Shown piece by piece: positions 8,006 to 17,111 of a DNA stretch of 37,935 nucleotides; the stretch's first letter is position 1, and every line of letters starts with the position of its first letter. The DNA is from Nanobdellati archaeon (GTDB lineage: Archaea > EX4484-52 > JAADEF01). Under the pieces are notes generated by a model that was not told the origin of the DNA, did not search any database, and saw nothing but the letters and a program-made list of their open reading frames with translations. The stretch spans positions 1-37,935 of the forward strand of contig WAPH01000009.1 in the NCBI GenBank assembly GCA_015520895.1. The letters run 5' to 3'. Both the position numbers and the translations under genes were made by a program.

Positions 8006-10741
8006 ATGGCTATGGCAGAAGGAAAAGATCAAAAGGAAATTATACTTAAGGTTGCGGAAATTCCCAGTAGTGCTCAATCAGACATAGGAGTAGGCATCGT
8101 TAGAATAGATACAAGAAAGATGGAAGAACTTGGAATTAAAGAAGGAGATGTTGTAGAGATAGAAGGAGCTAAAAAAGCTCCTGCTATAGCTTTAAGAGCT
8201 TACCCTTCTGATATTGGTTTAAGTATAATAAGAATGGATGGTTTAATGAGGAGAAATGCAGGGACAAGCATAGGAGAAGTTGTGAAGGTTAGGAAAGCAA
8301 CATATAAAGAAGCTAAAAAGGTTGTTATTGCTCCTGCCGATAAAGGAGTTATTTTACACATACCTAACGAATATTTGAAAAGACTTCTTCAAAACAGAAT
8401 AGTGATGAAAGGCAACATTATTATGCCTGCTACAAGAAGAAGCATGAGAGTTTTTGGCGATCACAGAGATGATTTCTTTGGTTTCGGTTTGCAAGATATA
8501 AAATTCATAGTTGTTGATACTTCACCAAAAGGAATTGTTAAAATATCAGAATTAACAGAGATAAAAGCGTTATCTAAGGCAGTAGATGTTATAGAGGATG
8601 AGAAATCAACGGGTATAAGTTATGAGGATATAGGGGGGTTAAAACCTATAATTAAGAAAGTAAGGGAGATGATAGAGTTGCCTTTGAAACATCCAGAACT
8701 TTTTGAAAGATTAGGTGTGGAGCCTCCTAAAGGTATATTACTTTATGGGCCACCAGGAACGGGCAAAACAATGATTGCTAAAGCAGTTGCTAATGAGGCA
8801 GGTGCGCATTTTATTTCTATAAATGGACCGGAAATTACAAGTAAATGGTATGGCGAAAGTGAAAGAAAAATAAGGGAGAAATTCAAGGAAGCAGAAGAAC
8901 ATGCTCCCAGCATTATATTTATAGATGAAATAGATGCTATTGCTCCAAAAAGAGAAGAGGTTTTAGGAGAAGTAGAGCGACGTATAGTTGCTCAACTTTT
9001 AGCAAGTATGGATGGATTAGAGAAAAGAGGTCAAGTAGTGGTTATTGGAGCAACTAACAGACCTGACGCTTTAGATCCTGCTCTTAGAAGACCAGGAAGA
9101 TTTGATAGAGAAATAGAAGTGGGAGTTCCAAGTATTGAGGGAAGAAAAGAAATATTACAAATTAAAACAAGATCTATGCCTTTATTCTATTGGGATTATG
9201 ACGTTGCTTTTAATGTAATAAAGGAAAAAGTAGATAATGGAAAAGCCATAACTGCTTATAAACAAAAGATAAAGAATGCTTTTAATGAAGAGAACATAAC
9301 TTCTCTATTTGAAATAATAAGTGCTTATGAAGATTATATTAAAAACGAGATAAGAGATTTTGTTAGGGATAAATATAGTAAAGAAATAAATGAAGAAAAA
9401 TTAGAGATCCTTCTTAAAAACACTGCTTATAAAAGCTATTTGGAGAACTTAATTGAAAGGGGTTTTCCTTATTTACAAGAGATTGAAGGATCTATTGTTG
9501 TGAATTATGATAAAGAAAAGCTTGTGGAGATTACAGAGAAATTAGGTTATCGTCGTTTATTATCTTTATTAAAGAAGATGAAAAAAGAGCATGTAAGCAG
9601 TATCTTTCAGATTTTAAGATTATTTATGAAACATTATGATGAGATCGTTAAAAAAAGTGTTGATGTTATGATTGAAGACTTGGCAAAGAAGACTCATGGT
9701 TTTGTTGGCGCTGATTTAGAAGCATTAGTTAAAGAGGCTGCGATGAATACTTTAAGGAGAGTATTAGATGAAGTGCCGAGAGAAGATGAGATACCGGAAG
9801 AGGTGTTAGCAAAACTCCTTGTTACTTACCAGGATTTTGAACAGGCTTTAAAATATGTAGAACCTAGTGCTATGAGGGAAGTTTTAGTTGAGTTCCCTAA
9901 TGTTACTTGGGAAGATGTAGGGGGTTTAGATGATATTAAAAACGAACTTAGGGAAGTGGTTGAATGGCCTTTGAAGCATCCAGAAGCATTTAAACGTATG
10001 GGTATAGAACCTGCTAAAGGTATCTTATTATATGGCTTACCAGGGACAGGTAAAACTCTACTTGCTAAAGCAGTTGCTAACGAATCAGGTGCTAATTTTA
10101 TTTACATAAAGGGACCAGAAATATTAAGTAAGTGGGTTGGGGAAAGTGAAAGAAAGATAAGAGAGATATTTAAAAAAGCAAGGCAAGTAGCACCTTCTAT
10201 TGTGTTTATAGATGAGATTGATGCTATTGCTCCTCGGAGAGGATTAGGTATAGGTAGTGAGGTAACAGATCGTGTTTTAACTCAGCTTTTAACAGAACTT
10301 GATGGTATGGAAAAACTTGATAAAGTAGTAGTAATGGCAGCAACTAACAGACCTGATATCTTAGATTCTGCTCTTATGAGGGCAGGAAGGTTTGATAGAC
10401 ATATTTACGTTCCTGTTCCTGACAAAGAAACTCGAAAGAAGATTTTAGAGGTTCATACAAGGAATATGCCTTTGTCTGATGTGAGTATTGAAGAACTAGC
10501 TGAATTGACTGATGGATATGTAGGGGCAGATCTTGCTAATCTTTGTAGGGAAGCCGCATTACTTGCTTTACGCGAAAATATTAATGCGAAGGAAGTAACA
10601 ATGGATCACTTTAAAAAGGCAATGGAAAAAATTAAACCTTCTGTGGATAAAAAAACAGCAGAACGCTTTAAAGAAAGATTCGAAAAAGCGAGAAAAAATG
10701 CTCTTAAAGACGAGAGTGAGCAATTGGGTTATGTGGGATAA
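8006..10741 (+). CDS. cdc48: Cdc48/VCP-type double-ring AAA+ ATPase, long form with an insertion in the D1 lid
   Basis: N-domain, then two AAA modules (GPPGTGKT / IIFIDEID and GLPGTGKT / IVFIDEID) and two GATNRPD...RPGRFDR sensor regions. A TATA TTTAAATA at 7984-7991 lies 20 nt before the second ATG (8012), so the true start may be 8012. Confidence 0.95.
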   Translation: MAMAEGKDQKEIILKVAEIPSSAQSDIGVGIVRIDTRKMEELGIKEGDVVEIEGAKKAPAIALRAYPSDIGLSIIRMDGLMRRNAGTSIGEVVKVRKATYKEAKKVVIAPADKGVILHIPNEYLKRLLQNRIVMKGNIIMPATRRSMRVFGDHRDDFFGFGLQDIKFIVVDTSPKGIVKISELTEIKALSKAVDVIEDEKSTGISYEDIGGLKPIIKKVREMIELPLKHPELFERLGVEPPKGILLYGPPGTGKTMIAKAVANEAGAHFISINGPEITSKWYGESERKIREKFKEAEEHAPSIIFIDEIDAIAPKREEVLGEVERRIVAQLLASMDGLEKRGQVVVIGATNRPDALDPALRRPGRFDREIEVGVPSIEGRKEILQIKTRSMPLFYWDYDVAFNVIKEKVDNGKAITAYKQKIKNAFNEENITSLFEIISAYEDYIKNEIRDFVRDKYSKEINEEKLEILLKNTAYKSYLENLIERGFPYLQEIEGSIVVNYDKEKLVEITEKLGYRRLLSLLKKMKKEHVSSIFQILRLFMKHYDEIVKKSVDVMIEDLAKKTHGFVGADLEALVKEAAMNTLRRVLDEVPREDEIPEEVLAKLLVTYQDFEQALKYVEPSAMREVLVEFPNVTWEDVGGLDDIKNELREVVEWPLKHPEAFKRMGIEPAKGILLYGLPGTGKTLLAKAVANESGANFIYIKGPEILSKWVGESERKIREIFKKARQVAPSIVFIDEIDAIAPRRGLGIGSEVTDRVLTQLLTELDGMEKLDKVVVMAATNRPDILDSALMRAGRFDRHIYVPVPDKETRKKILEVHTRNMPLSDVSIEELAELTDGYVGADLANLCREAALLALRENINAKEVTMDHFKKAMEKIKPSVDKKTAERFKERFEKARKNALKDESEQLGYVG

Positions 10742-11135
10742 TAGTAATAAAAACTTTTCTTTCTCTTTCTCTTGTGTCATGATTTATGAGAACTATATTT
10801 TGCCAAGTTCCTTTAACAATTTTACCTTCTTTGTAAGGTAAAGTAATAGATTGACCAAGCAGCGTTGCCCTTAGATGGCTTGCACCATTATCGTCGTGCC
10901 ATGTAATGTGGTGTTTGTAAACATGATCAAAAGGTGCAATTTTATCCAACGTTTCAAACAAATCTTCTAAGAGATTAGGATCGTTTTCTATAAGTATGAG
11001 TGAAGATGTGGATCCTAAAGAAAATAGAGTGATAATTCCTTCTCCTTGGTTAGGAATTAAATCTTCAATATCTTTATCTATACACGTCCATCCTTTTTTT
11101 GCAGGAAGTTTATAAGAGAGTTTATACATATTCAT
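10704..11135 (-). CDS. YjbQ/UPF0047 family protein (secondary thiamine-phosphate synthase-like)
   Basis: The motif [39 protein letters not shown] is typical of UPF0047. ATGA overlap with the ftsY stop. The 3' end overlaps the convergent cdc48 by 38 nt. Confidence 0.78.
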   Translation of the reverse strand: MNMYKLSYKLPAKKGWTCIDKDIEDLIPNQGEGIITLFSLGSTSSLILIENDPNLLEDLFETLDKIAPFDHVYKHHITWHDDNGASHLRATLLGQSITLPYKEGKIVKGTWQNIVLINHDTRERERKVFITIIPHNPIAHSRL

Positions 11136-12031
11136 CCCAGTAAATCTTTTAAGTACTCTCTTTTATTAAATTTTTTTAAATCTTCATACTCTTGACCTAC
11201 ACCTAAGAAAAAAATAGGTTTTTTAAGAGCATACGCTATGCTTAAAATAGCACCTTTTTTATTATCTACGTCATATTTTGTAAGAATAATTGCATCAACA
11301 CCAGCTTCATTAAACATTTTAGCTTGCTCTACTATGTCGTTGCCTGTGATGCTTTCTAAAACAAGAATTTTAAGATCTGGGTTGATTACTCTTATTATTT
11401 TTTTAAGTTCTTCTAAGAGGTTTTTATCTGTTGGTGCTCTTCCTGCTGTATCTGCAAGAACAACGTCAATGCCTTTACTTTTAGCATAATTTACTGCATC
11501 ATATATTACTGCTGCAGAATCACTGCCATATTTCTGTTTTATGAGCCTTAAGCCTAATTTTTTGCTATGTTCCTCTAATTGCTCAATAGCAGCAGATCTA
11601 AAGGTGTCTCCTGCTGCTAATACTACACTTTTCCCTTTTTTCTTGAGATAGTAAGCGAGTTTAGCAATTGTTGTGGTTTTACCTGTACCATTAAATCCAA
11701 AGAATACTATTATTATGGGCTTTTTATTTTTCCTTTTGCGTAACCACTCGTCAAAATCTTCTTCTACTATTACTTTATTGATTGTGTTGTGTAAAGCACC
11801 CTCTACTATTTTTTTTATTCTATTTTTCTCAACCACTTTGCCTACTAACTTATTTTTTATCTCCTTTATTATTTTTTCTGCAACTTCTAAAGATACATTA
11901 TTTTCAACTAATTCTATTTCCATCTCCCATAATACGTCTTCTATGTCTTCTTCTTTAATTTCCTTTTTTATTACTTTTTCCATTAATTTCTCAGAGGTCT
12001 TATCAAGAAGTTTTCTAAATTTAGTAAACAT
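11132..12031 (-). CDS. ftsY: Signal recognition particle receptor FtsY
   Basis: SRP-GTPase motifs are GFNGTGKTTTIAKLA, DTAGR and TKYD, with an N-terminal helical domain. The ATG begins 2 nt after the discriminator base of tRNA-His. Confidence 0.93.
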   Translation of the reverse strand: MFTKFRKLLDKTSEKLMEKVIKKEIKEEDIEDVLWEMEIELVENNVSLEVAEKIIKEIKNKLVGKVVEKNRIKKIVEGALHNTINKVIVEEDFDEWLRKRKNKKPIIIVFFGFNGTGKTTTIAKLAYYLKKKGKSVVLAAGDTFRSAAIEQLEEHSKKLGLRLIKQKYGSDSAAVIYDAVNYAKSKGIDVVLADTAGRAPTDKNLLEELKKIIRVINPDLKILVLESITGNDIVEQAKMFNEAGVDAIILTKYDVDNKKGAILSIAYALKKPIFFLGVGQEYEDLKKFNKREYLKDLLG

Positions 12032-12032
12032 A

Positions 12033-12104
12033 GGCGAGGACCGGGACTCGAACCCGGGTCAGCGGATCCACAGTCCGCCAGGATAACCACTACCCCATCC
12101 TCGC
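12033..12104 (-). tRNA. tRNA-His (anticodon GUG), no intron, G-1 not genomically encoded
   Basis: Minus strand reads GCGAGGA T G GGGT AGTGGTTA TCCT G GCGGA CTGTGGA TCCGC TGAC CCGGG TTCGAGT CCCGG TCCTCGC C. The anticodon loop is C-U-GUG-G-A and the discriminator is C73. The base at -1 is T. Confidence 0.85.
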
Positions 12105-12166
12105 ATCGCAATTAATTTAGTATATCAAATTTTTAAAAGTTTTAGAGAAGTTTGTATTTTCTATAT

Positions 12167-12520
12167 TTATTCTTCTTGATAGAACAACACTATTACAAAA
12201 ATGCTTATTCCAATGCCTCCTAGTACTCCAAGAACTATATAAGCCGTGGTGCTTAAATGAAGTTTAAATGATACTCCTTCTAATATCTTAACAACAATTG
12301 CAAGTAAAGCAATGGATGTTAAGAATCCATAAAATTTTTTTAATGAATTTTCTTTAAGGTATAACAATAAATAAGACCCTATAAACCCTATTATTCCGTG
12401 GATTGCGGCCAAATATGGAGGGAATGGGTTATAAATGTAATGAATAAGATAAGCAGAAGATAAGCTAAAAATAATTCCTATAAGTACCCATCCTATTAAT
12501 CTTGAGAGATTAAATTCCAT
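12167..12520 (-). CDS. Hypothetical integral membrane protein (about 4 TM)
   Basis: 117-aa ORF that is strongly hydrophobic throughout. I recognise no family. Confidence 0.55.
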   Translation of the reverse strand: MEFNLSRLIGWVLIGIIFSLSSAYLIHYIYNPFPPYLAAIHGIIGFIGSYLLLYLKENSLKKFYGFLTSIALLAIVVKILEGVSFKLHLSTTAYIVLGVLGGIGISIFVIVLFYQEE

Positions 12521-12554
12521 AATTATTAAAAGTTATTACTTACATATATATCTT

Positions 12555-13583
12555 ATGCAATTCTTCATAAAATCTTCGCAGGAACTATTAGATAAAGCAT
12601 TTAGAAGAGCTAAGAATGTTAAAGAATCTTCTTCTCATAAAACGATAAAAGAGAAGTTACAAGAAAAAGCTTTAAATAAAATCTCTACCATCGATAATGT
12701 GCTTTACGATGAGCTTAATAAAATAATCAGATCTTATCCTATTTTTGAAGAATTAAATCCTTTTTATCAACAATTATTTAGAGAATACATTTTTGTAAAG
12801 GCATATAAAAGATCTTTAAGAAATTTATCCTGGACAAGAAAAAAAATAAGAGAATTAAGCACTTATTATAAAAAGAAAATCAAAAACGCATCTACAACTT
12901 CTCAAATATCTAATTGGCTTAAAGCTTACTACGGTAGAATTAGTTCTCTTATTTACGATTTAGAAAAAGATTTGAATTTGCTATTTGAGGTTAAAAGGAT
13001 ATGGCAGAAATTTCCTGTCATAGATACTTCCAAACCCATATTTGTTTTTGCAGGATACCCTAATGTTGGAAAAAGTTCTTTAATTAATGCTTTGACTTCT
13101 GCAAATATAGAGATAGCTCCTTATCCTTTTACTACAAAACACTTAAATATAGGAAAAATAGATGATATTGTTCTTGTTGATACTCCTGGAATTTTGGAAA
13201 AGAGAATTAATAAAATGAATGATGTTGAGAAAAGAGCGGCAATAGCTTTAACCTATCTTACTAAAAATATAATATTTGTTTTTGATCCTTCTTTATCCTC
13301 AGGTTATGACTTGTTTCAACAAATAGATTTATTAAAGGATTTGACTCAACAAATTTCTTTTAAACCCTTGTTGTTAGTTGTAAATAAAGAAGATCTTCTA
13401 TGTGATGATGAGAAGAAAAAGGTTAAAGAAATTTTAGAAAAGGAATTTCCTTCATCAGAAGTAGTATTTGTTTCTGCTTTGAAAGGCCAAGGTATTAAGG
13501 ATTTAAAAGATAAAATAATTAATTTGTCTTATAAAACTCGTAGTTTACCATCTATGAGGCTTAGGAGGGAATTAAATGAGTAA
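12555..13583 (+). CDS. NOG1-family GTP-binding protein (ribosome biogenesis GTPase)
   Basis: NOG1-type N-terminal helical region (ELLDKAFRRAKN...), then G1 GYPNVGKSSLINAL, G3 DTPG and G4 NKED. Confidence 0.82.
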   Translation: MQFFIKSSQELLDKAFRRAKNVKESSSHKTIKEKLQEKALNKISTIDNVLYDELNKIIRSYPIFEELNPFYQQLFREYIFVKAYKRSLRNLSWTRKKIRELSTYYKKKIKNASTTSQISNWLKAYYGRISSLIYDLEKDLNLLFEVKRIWQKFPVIDTSKPIFVFAGYPNVGKSSLINALTSANIEIAPYPFTTKHLNIGKIDDIVLVDTPGILEKRINKMNDVEKRAAIALTYLTKNIIFVFDPSLSSGYDLFQQIDLLKDLTQQISFKPLLLVVNKEDLLCDDEKKKVKEILEKEFPSSEVVFVSALKGQGIKDLKDKIINLSYKTRSLPSMRLRRELNE

Positions 13584-14568
13584 GTATTTAGTTACAGGAG
13601 TTGCAGGGTTTATAGGAAGCAAGGTTGCTGAAATGCTTTTAGAAAATGGTGATGAAGTTATAGGTATAGATAATCTTGATCCTTTTTATGATCTTAGGCT
13701 TAAGCATTATAGATTAAATAAGTTAAAAAGATATGGAAATGATTTTACTTTTAAAAACGTGGATTTATATGAGATAGATAAGCATATTGACTTTTTAAAT
13801 AATATAAAAGGAGTCTTTAATTTAGCCGCTAAAGCAGGAGTAAGGTATAGTATTGAAGATCCAGAATCTTATTATAAGACCAATACATTAGGGACTCTTA
13901 AATTAATAAAAGCTATGCTTAAATCTAAAGTTAAGTTTATTGTTCACGCATCCACCTCTAGTATTTATGCTAATTCTTCACTGCCTTTTAAAGAAGAAAA
14001 TCGTGTAGATTTTATGATTAGTCCATATGCTGCAAGTAAGAAAGCTGCAGAAGAGTTGCTTTACGTTTACCATCATTTAGAGAGTTTGAATGTTTTTGTT
14101 CTTCGTTACTTCACAGTTTATGGGCCAGCAGGTAGACCTGATATGAGTTTGTTTAAATTTACAGATAGGATATTACAAGGTAAACCCATACCTATTTATG
14201 GAGATGGTACTCAAGAAAGAAGTTTTACTTATATTGATGATGTGGCTCGAGGAACCATAAAAGCAATGGAAGTGTTAGAAAGAAAAGGAGGGTATGAAAT
14301 AATAAATATAGGTAGTGATAAAAAACATCCTTTAAATTATGCTATAGAGTTGATAGAATATTACACTGGAAAAAAAGCTAAAAAAGAGTTTTATGAGTTT
14401 AACAAAGCAGATATTTCTGCTACACTTGCAGATATTACTAAAGCTAAACGCATATTGGGTTGGGAACCTAAAATAAGTTTAGAAGAAGGAATAGAAAGAT
14501 TAGTTAAATGGTTTAAAGAGGAATGGTATCCTTTCTTAAAAGAGGAAGGAGGTGGTACAAATGGCTAA
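13576..14568 (+). CDS. NAD-dependent nucleotide-sugar epimerase/dehydratase (UDP-glucuronate 4-epimerase-like SDR)
   Basis: Rossmann motif GVAGFIGS and catalytic YAASK. The extended-SDR length (330 aa) fits. The start overlaps the preceding gene by 8 nt. Confidence 0.88.
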   Translation: MSKYLVTGVAGFIGSKVAEMLLENGDEVIGIDNLDPFYDLRLKHYRLNKLKRYGNDFTFKNVDLYEIDKHIDFLNNIKGVFNLAAKAGVRYSIEDPESYYKTNTLGTLKLIKAMLKSKVKFIVHASTSSIYANSSLPFKEENRVDFMISPYAASKKAAEELLYVYHHLESLNVFVLRYFTVYGPAGRPDMSLFKFTDRILQGKPIPIYGDGTQERSFTYIDDVARGTIKAMEVLERKGGYEIINIGSDKKHPLNYAIELIEYYTGKKAKKEFYEFNKADISATLADITKAKRILGWEPKISLEEGIERLVKWFKEEWYPFLKEEGGGTNG

Positions 14569-14944
14569 AAAAAGTAATAAAGAAATGTGGTTTCAAATAG
14601 GTAGGTGGAGTTATGTAGGTGGTTTGGTAATAGCCTTACTCGCGGCTTTGTTTGGGCTAAGTTCTTCTTGGATACCTGTAATTTTGTTTGTGTTAGGTAT
14701 TGTGGTAGGATTTCTTAATATCTCTGCTAAGGAAGAAGAGATATTTCTAATAGCAGCAATTGCCTTTCTTGTGAGTATGGTATCGGTAAGTTCTGTACTT
14801 CAACTTATCTCTAAAGTAGCAGGTATATCAGCATCTTTAATGACCTTTATAGGGGTTATATTAGGGTATCTAGTAGTATTTGCTACAGGAGCAACTATTG
14901 TTGTTTCTATAAAGGCTCTCTATAAGGTATCCAAAGACATGTGA
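14561..14944 (+). CDS. Hypothetical membrane protein (3-4 TM)
   Basis: SD GGAGGTG lies 7 nt upstream of the ATG at 14561; the track start at 14552 is a GTG inside that SD. The protein is hydrophobic. I recognise no family. Confidence 0.55.
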   Translation: MAKKSNKEMWFQIGRWSYVGGLVIALLAALFGLSSSWIPVILFVLGIVVGFLNISAKEEEIFLIAAIAFLVSMVSVSSVLQLISKVAGISASLMTFIGVILGYLVVFATGATIVVSIKALYKVSKDM

Positions 14945-15477
14945 TAAACTCTGCCAAATTCAATTTCTATTTTTTCTATTTCTTTTCTTTTTAAATTTTG
15001 AGTAATAGCAAATATTGCTCTTATAGTATTTCCGTGAGAAGATATAGCTAACGATTTATCTTTATATTTTTTAAATATTTTTTTTAAAATCGTTTCAGTT
15101 CTTTGAATTACCATGTTAAAGTTTTCTCCTGCAGGAGGCGAAATTATAGCACTTCTATGATATAACTCATAAAGCACAGGGTTTTTATTTTTAAATCTTA
15201 TTTTACTTTTTCCGGATAGATACCCGTAATCTCTTTCTCTTAATTCCCTTATTATTAATACTTTCACTTTTTTATTCCCTAAAGCTATTCTTAAAGTTTG
15301 CTTAGCTCTTCTTAAATCAGAAGTAATTGCTAGATCTAAATTAATATGTTTTAAGTAATTTCTGATTTTTAATGCCTCCTTTATACCTTTTTCAGTTAAA
15401 GTAGCATCCTTCCATCCCGTAAAAATATTGTTTTTATTGTAGGTAGTCTCTCCATGTCTAAAAAGATAAAGTTCCAT
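14920..15477 (-). CDS. Histidine phosphatase superfamily protein (phosphoglycerate mutase-like)
   Basis: N-terminal catalytic RHGET motif (LFRHGETTYN) and a downstream SSHGNTIRA His motif. Confidence 0.85.
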   Translation of the reverse strand: MELYLFRHGETTYNKNNIFTGWKDATLTEKGIKEALKIRNYLKHINLDLAITSDLRRAKQTLRIALGNKKVKVLIIRELRERDYGYLSGKSKIRFKNKNPVLYELYHRSAIISPPAGENFNMVIQRTETILKKIFKKYKDKSLAISSHGNTIRAIFAITQNLKRKEIEKIEIEFGRVYHMSLDTL

Positions 15478-15557
15478 AGAAATTAATTAATAATAGTAAA
15501 TTATATATATGTGTTACAATACATTTATTATATAGTTGTTGTTACGAGGTGAAATAT

Positions 15558-16070
15558 ATGAGAAGAAAAGGTATAACAGCGATAATAAGTATAGTACTAA
15601 TGTTGTTGCTGTTAGTGGCAGTATTTGGAGGAGTATATATGTGGATAACTAAATTCCAAAAGAAAACTCAAGAGCAAGTAAGTAGTGGCGCAGGTGCAGC
15701 AACCTCTAAAGCAACCGGTTCTGTAAAGTATATGTTTAGTGTTGTTAGTATAGCAGACGATGGTTCCGGAAATGTGCAAATAACTCTCAAAAATGATGGA
15801 AATACCGAGATAAGGCAACAAGATGCATCTAATCTTATTGTTAAGCTAGACGGAAGAGTTGTAGGTAGTACTGTAGCTAATGCTACAGCTTTAACAGGAG
15901 GTAATACTAATTGGGAACCAGGAGAGTTATTGCAATTTATCCTTAATGGTGTTACTTGGAATGACATAAACGATGGACGACAGCATGTATTTTACTTTGA
16001 ATTAAGCAATCTTGGTTCTTCGATATCTTTTAACTGTGGTCCTTTAGATGTCGGAGATACTGCTTGTTAA
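15558..16070 (+). CDS. Type IV pilin-like protein with archaeal class III signal peptide
   Basis: The N-terminus MRRKG|ITAIISIVLMLLLLVAVFGGVYMWI has a short basic leader, Gly at -1, then about 25 hydrophobic residues. SD GAGGTGA is present; the track start at 15549 is the GTG inside it. An oligo-T tract follows the stop. Confidence 0.65.
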   Translation: MRRKGITAIISIVLMLLLLVAVFGGVYMWITKFQKKTQEQVSSGAGAATSKATGSVKYMFSVVSIADDGSGNVQITLKNDGNTEIRQQDASNLIVKLDGRVVGSTVANATALTGGNTNWEPGELLQFILNGVTWNDINDGRQHVFYFELSNLGSSISFNCGPLDVGDTAC

Positions 16071-16073
16071 AAA

Positions 16074-16106
16074 CTTTTTTAATTTCTTCTTTTTTATTTT
16101 ATTTTT
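16074..16106 (+). terminator. Oligo-T tract downstream of the pilin gene (archaeal intrinsic terminator-like)
   Basis: The sequence CTTTTTTAATTTCTTCTTTTTTATTTTATTTTT carries several runs of 5 or more T immediately after the stop codon. Confidence 0.4.
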
Positions 16107-16850
16107 ATGTTAAAGAAAGTTATACTTGAAAGTGATATTCTAATAGAAGTAGTAGATGCTCGATCAATCGAAGATACTCGAAACTTTAAAATGGAAAAAT
16201 GGATTACAAAGAAATTAGGGAAAGAGTTGATTGTTGCCGCTTCTAAAGCTGATCTTGTTAACGAAGAAATGTTGAAACAACAACTTAAGTCAATACCTTT
16301 TAAAACCGCTTATTTCTCTTATACTCAACGAAAAGGAGCAGGAAGTATTAAAACTTTACTTTACACTATAACTCATTATATTAAAAAGAAGAAAAAAATA
16401 AATAAAGTTAAAGTAGGTATAATAGGTTATGCGAATGTTGGGAAAAGTTCTTTAATAGATTTGTTAGTTAGGGCCTCTAAAGCCAAGCATTCGCCTATCC
16501 CCGGCTTTACTCGCGGTATTAAATGGATAAAACTAAGAGATGATATTTTATTAATAGACACTCCTGGAATCTTTGATAGCGAGGAATTAAAAGTTGAGAA
16601 ATGCAATATAGATCCTGCGAAGACTGAATGTTATTTATATGTTATCGACTTCTTAGAAAGGATAAAAGATAAACCTCATAATTTAGAAGAGTTATTGAAT
16701 GTTGATTTAAAGAGCAAAGAACCTTCAGAGATATTAAAATATTATGCGAAAAAACGTAACTTTGTTTTAAAAGGAAATAAACTTGACGAAGAAAGGGCAG
16801 CAAAAGAAATTGTAAGGTTGTGGAATGAAGGTAAGATAGCATTTAAGTAA
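16107..16850 (+). CDS. Circularly permuted GTPase (YlqF/YawG family, ribosome biogenesis)
   Basis: The G-motifs are in permuted order: G4 SKAD precedes G1 GYANVGKSS and G3 DTPG. Confidence 0.8.
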   Translation: MLKKVILESDILIEVVDARSIEDTRNFKMEKWITKKLGKELIVAASKADLVNEEMLKQQLKSIPFKTAYFSYTQRKGAGSIKTLLYTITHYIKKKKKINKVKVGIIGYANVGKSSLIDLLVRASKAKHSPIPGFTRGIKWIKLRDDILLIDTPGIFDSEELKVEKCNIDPAKTECYLYVIDFLERIKDKPHNLEELLNVDLKSKEPSEILKYYAKKRNFVLKGNKLDEERAAKEIVRLWNEGKIAFK

Positions 16851-16883
16851 AACTTTTTAAATATTAATCACTATTTAGTTATT

Positions 16884-17111
16884 ATGGAAATTAAACAACT
16901 ATATTTACGACTTAAAAAATACTTAATAGCAGGATTGATTATGGCTCAAACGTGCTCATGTACTTTACATTATAACGCAACTATTGATTCTCGAAATCCT
17001 TATTATAGTGCCTATGGAAGAGTTTCGGGAACATATTCTACGAATAAAGAAAAAAGAAAATTCAAGAGAGAACCCTCATATGTTGATTTGAGTGGATGGA
17101 GTATAAAATAA
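16884..17111 (+). CDS. Hypothetical small protein (75 aa), one N-terminal hydrophobic segment
   Basis: A TTTAAATA box at 16856-16863 lies exactly 20 nt before the ATG, the same spacing as at other leaderless genes here. I recognise no family. Confidence 0.4.
   Translation: MEIKQLYLRLKKYLIAGLIMAQTCSCTLHYNATIDSRNPYYSAYGRVSGTYSTNKEKRKFKREPSYVDLSGWSIK

Noticed and set aside
9185-9658. Intein as an explanation for the Cdc48 insertion
   Set aside because: There is no Cys/Ser/Thr at the insert N-terminus, no His-Asn followed by Cys/Ser/Thr at its C-terminus, and no LAGLIDADG or HNH block. The insert sits in the lid subdomain rather than in a catalytic motif. It looks like a genuine extra helical domain.
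11673-12086. 137-aa plus-strand ORF
   Set aside because: It is antisense to ftsY and runs into tRNA-His. The composition is low-complexity Ser/Phe/Ile, typical of the antisense frame of an AT-rich gene.
12033-12105. Alternative tRNA-His fold with an encoded G-1 (first G as -1)
   Set aside because: That fold would shift the T-loop to GTTCGAG and place G instead of U at position 8, breaking conserved tRNA features. The standard fold with G1-C72 and an unencoded G-1 fits better.
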